From positions 28,206-63,864 of the forward strand of contig CAYVLA010000009.1 in NCBI GenBank assembly GCA_964452145.1: a stretch of DNA of 35,659 bases, given 5' to 3'. The notes under the pieces are model-generated. The model made no database searches. It was not told the DNA's origin and saw only the letters and a program-made list of their open reading frames with translations. This document shows positions 29,082-35,659 of the stretch, piece by piece (position 1 is the stretch's first letter; each line of letters opens with the position of its first letter). The position numbers and the translations under genes are program-made. Origin of the DNA: Candidatus Hadarchaeota archaeon. GTDB taxonomy: Archaea > CAYQAE01 > CAYVLA01.

Positions 29082-29563
29082 ATGACAAGAGTGATGATCT
29101 TCATAGATGGCTCGAACGTTTTCTGGTCGGCCAAGCCAACAGGCATACACGTGTGGACTACCAGAAACTTGTTGACGTACTCAACGATGGTCGAAATCTT
29201 ATCAGGCCATGCTACTACTGCTCAATAGGCGTTCCGCCGAGTCCAGGGCAGGTGAAGTTCCATCAGAGCCTTCAGTACCGTGGCTTCCGCGTTGTGGCGA
29301 AGCCTCTAATGCGGGGAAAGGAGAAAGGCGTCGACATCGCTTTGGCTACGCACCTACTTGCCATGGGCTTCAAGAACGCCTACGACGTTGCCATCGTCGT
29401 AAGCGGGGACAAGGACTACGTTGAGGCTATCGAAGAAGTAAGGAGTCTCGGAAAGCGAGTGGAGGGTGCCGCGTTTCGGGCATCCGCCGCGCCAGAAATA
29501 AGGCGAAGCGTGGACCAGTTCACATTCCTAGACGACATTCTCGCTCAGATAGGATATCCCTAG
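29082..29563 (+). pseudogene. NYN-domain (LabA/DUF88, PIN-like) RNase with a +2 frameshift
   Basis: ATG 29082 gives MTRVMIFIDGSNVFW. A GT duplication (CAC GTGTG GAC, 29151-54) shifts the frame into DYQKL...KEKGVDIALA...VVSGDKDY...GKRVEG...DQF. The span is 482 nt = 480+2. Confidence 0.9.
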
Positions 29564-29564
29564 A

Positions 29565-29640
29565 AGAAAGACAGATATAACAGGTAGGCAGCAGGCCCGA
29601 AGGCCCAGAGGCTAACGCCGCTGCCTACCAGTTTCTTTTA
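29565..29640 (-). ncRNA. Predicted small structured RNA (three-way junction) convergent with the NYN gene
   Basis: Perfect 10-bp outer stem (29583-92 with 29620-29) enclosing hairpins GGC-GUUA-GCC and GGGCC-UUCG-GGCCU on the minus strand. TTTATATA lies about 24 nt upstream, and the 3' tail is U-rich. Ends approximate. Confidence 0.7.
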
Positions 29641-29663
29641 CTGCAACTATTACGCAGGCGCAC

Positions 29664-29671
29664 TATATAAA
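29664..29671 (-). promoter_or_regulatory. TATA box for the predicted small RNA
   Basis: Plus-strand TATATAAA equals minus-strand TTTATATA, a consensus archaeal TATA box at the right spacing. Confidence 0.6.
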
Positions 29672-29886
29672 GATTGTCGCCAAGTCCTGATGAGTACATG
29701 AAGTATCCCCAATACCCCATTCCCTTCGGAAGGAATCCATGTTCTGCGTTGGGTCTGCAACTGCTGGATCAGAGTGCGGTCGAGGGTACCCCTCCATGCG
29801 GCCACTCCTTATCCAGCCCAGCGGCCCGGGGCGACGCCGAGAGCGGGAAGGAACATGCCTGGAACATCCCTGCCGCTTCCTCCCGA

Positions 29887-29921
29887 CCCTACTTCAGATA
29901 GGTCTTGAGCCGCCTCTCCAG
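29887..29921 (+). repeat. 35-bp direct repeat, copy 2 (native 3' end of the YgjP/M48 gene)
   Basis: CCCTACTTCAGATAGGTCTTGAGCCGCCTCTCCAG; includes the stop codon and encodes LERRLKTYLK. Confidence 0.92.
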
Positions 29922-30608
29922 CTCCCTGTGATCGGGGCAGTGCCGCCGCAGCAACCCCTTGAACTTGGCCGAGTGGTTGAAGTGCACCAGGTGGACCAGC
30001 TCGTGCAGCATGACGTAGCGCGTGACCTCGACAGGCAGGCAGACGAGCTTGCTGTCGAAGCGGAGATCCCCCGCCGTGGTGCACTGGCCCCACCTCTTCA
30101 TGTGCTTTACCGACGCTGAGCGGTACTTCACCCCCACATCCCGGGCCATCCGAGGGAGGTTGCCGCCCACAAGCTGCCGGGTCATCCGGGCGAGGCGCTC
30201 CAGGAGTATCCTGTCCCGGCTATCCCCCGGGGGCACGCGGACGTGCATCGTCCCGCCCTGCAGCCTGACGCTCGCCCTCTCGCCCGGTGATTGCCTGATA
30301 CCCACCGGCCTCCCGTCGATGAGGACCTGCTCATCGGTCAGCACCCTGCTCATCGCGGAGAGCCGGCGCACCTTGTCCTCTATCCAGGGCCGCCTGTGGG
30401 CAAGTATCTCCTCCGGGGTTGCCCTGGCCCTCCGCGGGATCGTGAGCCTGAGACGGTAATCGGGGCCGAAGCTCAGGTACACGTGGCGCACGCCCTTCCT
30501 CTCCACCAGGAGGGCTATTTCCCTGCCCCCGACCATGAGCCTGCCCGTTGTCCTCTCTGCAGTGCCGGCATCCCGTCCGCCGCGGCGGCGAATCGTTCTT
30601 CCGGGCAC
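29889..30608 (-). CDS. YgjP-like / DUF45 (M48/SprT-type) zinc metallo-hydrolase
   Basis: MKRWGQC, YVMLHELVHLVHFNHSAKF (HExxH). Start may be ATG 30536. Confidence 0.9.
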   Translation of the reverse strand: MPGRTIRRRGGRDAGTAERTTGRLMVGGREIALLVERKGVRHVYLSFGPDYRLRLTIPRRARATPEEILAHRRPWIEDKVRRLSAMSRVLTDEQVLIDGRPVGIRQSPGERASVRLQGGTMHVRVPPGDSRDRILLERLARMTRQLVGGNLPRMARDVGVKYRSASVKHMKRWGQCTTAGDLRFDSKLVCLPVEVTRYVMLHELVHLVHFNHSAKFKGLLRRHCPDHRELERRLKTYLK

Positions 30609-30765
30609 GCGCAGCTCTCACCATCATGCCCTGATATCTGCTCTGTCTCGGACGCGTGCTGACAGGTTCGAACGCAAAGGCCTGTTAGGCGGTCTTGTGG
30701 CCCGACCCCCAGTTGGGCGATGTAGGAATACGCACTCAGAGGAGTCCTGCAGCCATGCCCAGGCC

Positions 30766-31152
30766 TCAATGAATCCTCGATATCTCTTTCACCTTGTCGA
30801 AGTCCGCGTCGAACGAGACGATTTCTTTGATTCCACGTTCACACATTATGGCAACTGAAGCGGCATCGGCCACCGATAGGGTGCCGTCGCATTTCAGGTA
30901 AACCTCCATGGAATCCATGAGGAGCCGTTCGCCCACAAATACCACCTCGCAGTTCTCGGTGATGGCCTCGTAGACCTCCGTCCCCGCCTTGCCCCCGCCC
31001 AGAGCGCCGATGGATGTGACGCTTTCGGCTATGACGAGTTCCGTGACCAGTTTCCCCTCTGGCAAACCTCTGGCGATCTCTTCAGCCCTCCCATGCCATC
31101 GATCTCTGCTGTTTGCAAGCGCTATGAAGAAGGAGGAGTCAACGAAGATCAA
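30766..31152 (-). CDS. vapC: PIN-domain (VapC-type) toxin
   Basis: MIFVDSSFFIAL...DRWH, VIAE, LSVADAAS, IVSFDADFDKV. Confidence 0.93.
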   Translation of the reverse strand: MIFVDSSFFIALANSRDRWHGRAEEIARGLPEGKLVTELVIAESVTSIGALGGGKAGTEVYEAITENCEVVFVGERLLMDSMEVYLKCDGTLSVADAASVAIMCERGIKEIVSFDADFDKVKEISRIH

Positions 31153-31382
31153 AGCTCTCCCCGCTGGGCTATGTGCTTGAGCTGCACCGCATCCGATTCG
31201 ACCGAAACTATTCCGGCGATGTCGGCCAGGGTCTTCCTCTTCTTGACCCTGACCCTTATTTCCCCTCCTTCCTGCTCCCAGACCAGCCTGTCACCTGGCG
31301 CGATCCTGTAGGCTCGCCTGAGGTCGGAAGGAACGACGGTCTGGTATCCCTTTGAAACCTTCGTTTCTCCTATTTTTCCCAT
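31149..31382 (-). CDS. AbrB/MazE/SpoVT-family antitoxin
   Basis: TKVSKGYQTVVPSDLRRAYRIAPGDRLVW; 4-nt overlap with the PIN gene. Confidence 0.92.
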   Translation of the reverse strand: MGKIGETKVSKGYQTVVPSDLRRAYRIAPGDRLVWEQEGGEIRVRVKKRKTLADIAGIVSVESDAVQLKHIAQRGEL

Positions 31383-31387
31383 CTCAT

Positions 31388-31412
31388 AGAAAACGTTCTC
31401 TCACAGATTTAA
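31388..31412 (-). promoter_or_regulatory. Promoter/operator of the second AbrB-PIN operon
   Basis: Minus-strand TTAAAT about 25 nt before the ATG. Imperfect palindrome AGAAAACGTTCTCT (31388-31401, 12/14). Confidence 0.55.
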
Positions 31413-31965
31413 CTATTGCTGTGAAGAAGAACTGCATTGTCTCCTGCACTCCAAAGGGCCCGGCAGACCCCCTCTCGGTTGCGACTGGGAAGATGTTGTC
31501 CAGTAGGCTGAGTAGGTGGAGCTCTGCCTTCGGCGCAAGGTCTGCGAGCATCGATATGTATCCCTTCGCTCCCAGCTGCCACGCTAAGGTCACTAGGCCG
31601 CCGTTGTCTAGGTTGGATCTCTTCGACTTTGACTGGGTAACATCGTGAACATGGCTTCCCAAACCGTTCTGGCCCCTTTTCCTTGCCTATTCCGTTTCTC
31701 CTCCCGAAACAGAGATGAGAACCCGGTCCGCGCGGCCCGCCAAGGGAGGTGCTGGAGGTGGCTCAGAGGATGCAGGTTCTAGAGGTGATACCGTGCCCTT
31801 CAACTCCATGATGGCTCGGGCCCTCCGCAGACCGGCTCAGGGATGTGTTGGACCGTGACCGTGATACCCCAAGAGTTAAGAGCCGCCCATGCATAGCGAG
31901 CGGATGGATAAAGTGGAACTGGAGCCGGACCCAGACAACTCCGAAGAGAGGTCTTTCATAGGAGT

Positions 31966-33408
31966 GTGAGATCGGCATTGCCAGACTTGCCTAACATCCT
32001 GTTCATTCACACCGAGCACCACCGGGGCGACTGTCTCGGCTGCGAGGGACACCCGGTGCTGCTAACGCCCAACATGGACAACATCGCCCGCCGAGGAGTA
32101 CGCTTCAGCCGCTTCTACTCGGCCTGTCCCTCATGCATCCCATCACGGCGCAGCATCCTCACCGGCCAAGACCCGCAGACCCACGGCATGGTGGGCTACC
32201 GGGACGGCTTGGAGTGGGATGGCGTGGCGACGCTGCCCGGCGTCCTGAGGGACAGCGGATACCAGACCCTTCACATCGGGCGCAGCATGCACCAGTACCC
32301 ACCGCGCAAGCGATACGGCTTCGAGCATATGGAAATCGGCGAGGACTACCTAGAATGGCTGCGCGACCAGCACCCCCGCCACGGCATCGACGACTGGTTT
32401 GGCGGCGGCGTGATGCATAATGACTGGACGGTGCATCCGTGGCATATGCACGAAGACCTGCACCAGACCAACTGGACGGTCGAGCGGGCTTTGCGTTTCA
32501 TGGAGACGCGCGATCCCTCACGCCCCTTCTTCCTCTCGCTCGGATTCATCGCAGCACACCCCCCTTTTCAGCCCCCGCCGTTCTACCTCGACCGATATCT
32601 GCGGACACGCCTGCCGGACCCCGTGATCGGCGACTGGGCCGTCCCGCCGCGACAAGAAGAACTCGGCAACGAGGACTATGTTTCGGCTCACCGCATCACA
32701 CTGCCCGCCGAAGCACAGCGATGCATGCAGGCGGCATATTTCGGACTGCTGAACCATGTGGACGACCAGCTTCGCCGCTTGATCAACCCCGTCAAGGGCA
32801 TCCGGCACTGCGACGACACGATCATCATCCTGACCAGCGACCACGGGGAGATGCTTGGCGATCACTACCTCTTCCGCAAGTCGCTGGCCTACGAGGGCTC
32901 TGCACGCGTTCCATTCCTGATCAGCGCGCCGCCCGCGTTCGGTATCCGCAAAGGACTCGTCGTCGATGCGCCCGTCACGCACGCCGACATCATGCCGACC
33001 TTGCTCGACATGCTCGACACAGACATCCCCGACAGCGTGGACGGCCTGAGCCTCTACCCCCATCTCCGCGGGGAGCGGCCATCCACCTGGCGGGATGCCC
33101 TCCACATCGAGCACTCGCCGCACCACCAGTGCCTTACCGACGGCCGCGAGAAGTACATCTGGGAGCCCGGCGACGGGCGCGAGCATCTCTTTGACCTGAC
33201 CGAGGACCCCGACGAACGTCATGACCTCGCACAGGACGCAGATGCGGCCGATCGCTTGGCCAGCTGGCGCGAGCGACTCATCGCCCGCCTACGCGACCGC
33301 CCCGAGGGCTTCGTGCAGAACGGAAGACTCGTACCCGGTCGCCCGTACGGTCCCGTCATTCCCAGCGGACCATCAGACCGGAAGAAGGAGCTACACGCCA
33401 GACTATGA
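31966..33408 (+). CDS. Cys-type formylglycine-dependent sulfatase (arylsulfatase/choline-sulfatase-like)
   Basis: PNILFI, TPNMD, CIPSRRSILTG (CxPxR), AHPP, SDHGEMLGDH, YEGSARVP, LFDLTEDPDE. Start may be TTG 31978 or 31987. Confidence 0.93.
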   Translation: MRSALPDLPNILFIHTEHHRGDCLGCEGHPVLLTPNMDNIARRGVRFSRFYSACPSCIPSRRSILTGQDPQTHGMVGYRDGLEWDGVATLPGVLRDSGYQTLHIGRSMHQYPPRKRYGFEHMEIGEDYLEWLRDQHPRHGIDDWFGGGVMHNDWTVHPWHMHEDLHQTNWTVERALRFMETRDPSRPFFLSLGFIAAHPPFQPPPFYLDRYLRTRLPDPVIGDWAVPPRQEELGNEDYVSAHRITLPAEAQRCMQAAYFGLLNHVDDQLRRLINPVKGIRHCDDTIIILTSDHGEMLGDHYLFRKSLAYEGSARVPFLISAPPAFGIRKGLVVDAPVTHADIMPTLLDMLDTDIPDSVDGLSLYPHLRGERPSTWRDALHIEHSPHHQCLTDGREKYIWEPGDGREHLFDLTEDPDERHDLAQDADAADRLASWRERLIARLRDRPEGFVQNGRLVPGRPYGPVIPSGPSDRKKELHARL

Positions 33409-33974
33409 CCCCCGATCGGCAGCCCTTCGCCAAGTTGGGCGGCATGGTCAACCCGCATGTGGACGCGCAGGGAAGAAGCCAGGACAACCAGGGCAACAAG
33501 GGCATGAGGGCTGCCTCGGACACAAGCGTGTGCATGCCGCGGAGAAGGCGGATGGGCTCCCGGGAGAAAGGACGGGAAGCCGATCCGAGACCGAGATGGA
33601 GATAGGACCTCAGCATCCAGATCCTGAGAGACCATCCGCAGACGGGTCGGATTCTGGATCTGGTGAAGACGTGGGAGAGCCTGCGCCATGGCGGCGCGTT
33701 CACCGAATAGCAGAAGCAACTGCTGCGCACCAAGGGCCTCGGTTTCGGGCCGGACACGTCCCATCCACGCTGGCGGGTCACACCCATCAAGACTCACAGG
33801 ACGGTGTACTGCACCGCACCGGGTCAGGACCAATGCCTGACACCTAACACCCTTGCCCTGACGGCAGGCTAGCTATCCTAGCCCAAAGCCCTTGGATAGC
33901 GGATGCTGCAGAGTTCATGACCGCTGCCTTCCCAGGACCATGAGCGAGCAAGGGACTGTGACTCAGGAAGAAAC

Positions 33975-35258
33975 TCAGTAGGCACGCTTCAGCCGCGTGG
34001 TGTCTGAGACCCTGTACATGCCCCTTCTAACCATCAGGGCCCAGACGGACACGCCGGCCAGCAGGGCGGTGGCCGTGACGACCAACCACTCGAATGCGTA
34101 CACCCAGAACAGGGCCTGATCCTTGAATCGCGCGGCATCAGCTGCGATCTCGCTGACCGCGCCGGATAGCGAGTCAAGGAAAGATATCGCCGAGAGGTAG
34201 TCCTGCTCCAGGTAGTGCTGACGGGCAGCAGCCGTCTCACCCTCCAGGTCCTTCAACCTGTCCGAGATATAGTCGACGTTGGCCCCGAAGTTATCGGCCC
34301 ACTCCACCATGGATAGCATCAAGGACTTCTGGGTCTGGACGTTGGCGAACAGGCGCCTTGCCTCCCTCCTTGCGCGTATGTCGCTTATCAGCGGCCGGCC
34401 CAGCGAGTAGAAGACCATGTTCGTGGCGACATCCAGGGCATATGGGTTATTCTCCTCCGCCCACCAGGGGTCAAAGGTGTGGGAGACGATCCACTGCATC
34501 CCGGCGTTGCTGCCGCCCGGCCTCCAGGAAACCATCCATGGGATCTCGGCGGGCTTGATGTCCCCCCAGATCGTCGTACCCTGCCTGGCCGTCATCAGGC
34601 AATAGTTGTTCCCGAACGCCTTCTCGATCCCAAGATCGACGAAGGGCAGAAACACCCGATCCCTCTCCGTGCGGAACTTGACCCAATAGGGCCGGTTGAC
34701 GAAAGCCTGGACGCTTCTGTGCTCGGACACCGGCAGCAGATCCGCCAGGATCGTCGGCTGCCAGACGTGGTCCCAGCTCTCGGCTAGGCCGCAAATGGCC
34801 GTCATGCCGGCCTGCCTGAAAGCGTAGTCCAAGTCGAAGACCTGCCTGCCGGTGAACTGCCAGCCGTAGAGGTCGTGGAACACCATCAGGTCGTAGCTCC
34901 GGATGAGGAGATCCCTGGTCCGCGGGTAGTAGACGCGGTCGAGCTTCTCCTTGTCGCTTTGCGTGAGGAAAGGTGTGGTAGGAAAGATGGCGTAGCGGAA
35001 GATTGGATCGCGCATGAAGAGAATCCGGAAGGGATTGGTCCAGATCCGCCCCCCCATCACGAAGGCGGATATCCAGCTTGTCTCATCCCCGGCCGACGCA
35101 GAGGGCATTGATGCGATCAACCCCAGAACGACGATGACGGCAAGGACCCTCAGTGACCATGCGGGAGTGGAGGCAACAGCATGACTCCCCGCCCGGCTGT
35201 CGGGCAGAAGGGATACAGACTTCGTGCCCTTCCACAAGGTGTGATGAAGCATAGCCAC
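33975..35258 (-). CDS. Membrane-anchored GATase1-like domain protein, paralogue 7
   Basis: Signal/TM; RVYYPRTRD..YDLMVF; WQPTILADLLP; NPYALD; LGRPL; WADNFGAN; KDQALFWVYAFEW...RRGMYRVSDTTR. Start uncertain. Confidence 0.85.
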   Translation of the reverse strand: MAMLHHTLWKGTKSVSLLPDSRAGSHAVASTPAWSLRVLAVIVVLGLIASMPSASAGDETSWISAFVMGGRIWTNPFRILFMRDPIFRYAIFPTTPFLTQSDKEKLDRVYYPRTRDLLIRSYDLMVFHDLYGWQFTGRQVFDLDYAFRQAGMTAICGLAESWDHVWQPTILADLLPVSEHRSVQAFVNRPYWVKFRTERDRVFLPFVDLGIEKAFGNNYCLMTARQGTTIWGDIKPAEIPWMVSWRPGGSNAGMQWIVSHTFDPWWAEENNPYALDVATNMVFYSLGRPLISDIRARREARRLFANVQTQKSLMLSMVEWADNFGANVDYISDRLKDLEGETAAARQHYLEQDYLSAISFLDSLSGAVSEIAADAARFKDQALFWVYAFEWLVVTATALLAGVSVWALMVRRGMYRVSDTTRLKRAY

Positions 35259-35659
35259 CCAACATCATCCAACATCGCCTGTCAGATTCCACTCATAAGA
35301 ATGTTAGGGCTCTGCACCTGCACCTGCGGCCCCGCCAACAACGGGTCCCAACTGGTCCCAACTGGTCTCGGGCACAATCACGCAACACATCCAGCTGGCG
35401 CAGGTCTCCCAGAAGACCACCTTGGCACTGGTGCAGGACCTCGAACCCAAAACACCACGGCAACGAACGAGGATTGCTCCGATGTGAGCCGCAGCATCGA
35501 AGAGATCTTCCTCATCCAGATGTTTGACAGCGCGAGACCAAAGGGGATAACCAGTCCTAATGGACTTGACCGACCTACTTCATTCTTAAACCCCTTCCGC
35601 CGTTAACGTTTGGGCGTTTGGGCTTGCCGCGGTACACTCGCGTCCTAGCGATATTGATC

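Noticed and set aside
29583..29640. Simple intrinsic terminator for the NYN gene (stem plus GTTTCTTTT)
   Set aside because: A terminator role is not excluded, but it does not explain the branched inner hairpins, the minus-strand UUCG loop or the correctly spaced minus-strand TATA box.
29565..29640. tRNA or tRNA fragment
   Set aside because: Only two inner arms, and no T-loop GTTCRA, D-loop or anticodon-arm geometry.
31384..31662. 92-aa minus-strand ORF upstream of the AbrB gene
   Set aside because: No recognisable family and it runs through the TA promoter; it may be a remnant but cannot be supported.
33219..33847. Overlapping ~200-aa ORFs after the sulfatase
   Set aside because: Arg/Pro/Gly-rich composition typical of spurious GC-rich frames.
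2311..35258. Diversity-generating retroelement or recombinational cassette system behind the paralogues
   Set aside because: No reverse transcriptase, recombinase or near-identical nucleotide repeats were seen between copies; the similarity is at protein level only.
35344..35367. 10-bp tandem repeat GGTCCCAACT x2.4 (and TGCACC repeats just upstream)
   Set aside because: Too short and without spacers; not a CRISPR array or iteron set.

Overview
GC-rich window, probably from an archaeon. This is an inference from TATA-like boxes about 25 nt before leaderless starts, GGTGA/GGGGTG Shine-Dalgarno-like motifs, and the HEPN-MNT and AbrB-PIN modules. It has three interleaved layers. (1) Seven dispersed paralogues (six intact, one remnant) of an uncharacterised ~420-450 aa membrane protein. 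Each has a signal peptide, a GATase1-like (DUF1355-type) ectodomain, a helical stalk and a very conserved C-terminal membrane segment and tail. (2) Carbohydrate and catabolic genes: a GH33 sialidase, a clan GH-A-like hydrolase, a sulfatase, a TIM-barrel sugar epimerase plus an MDR dehydrogenase, a URO-D-like protein, meso-DAP dehydrogenase, a flavodoxin-like protein, a PD40 propeller and a 1102-aa surface protein. (3) Many toxin-antitoxin/RNase modules and pseudogene remnants. The most striking unexplained element is a ~1.6-kb segment bounded by a 35-bp direct repeat of the 3' end of a YgjP/M48 peptidase gene. It carries a frameshifted NYN RNase gene followed convergently by a predicted ~75-nt three-way-junction RNA with a C(UUCG)G loop and its own TATA box, a candidate RNase/RNA-antitoxin system. 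No rRNA, tRNA, CRISPR array, integrase or transposase was recognised.
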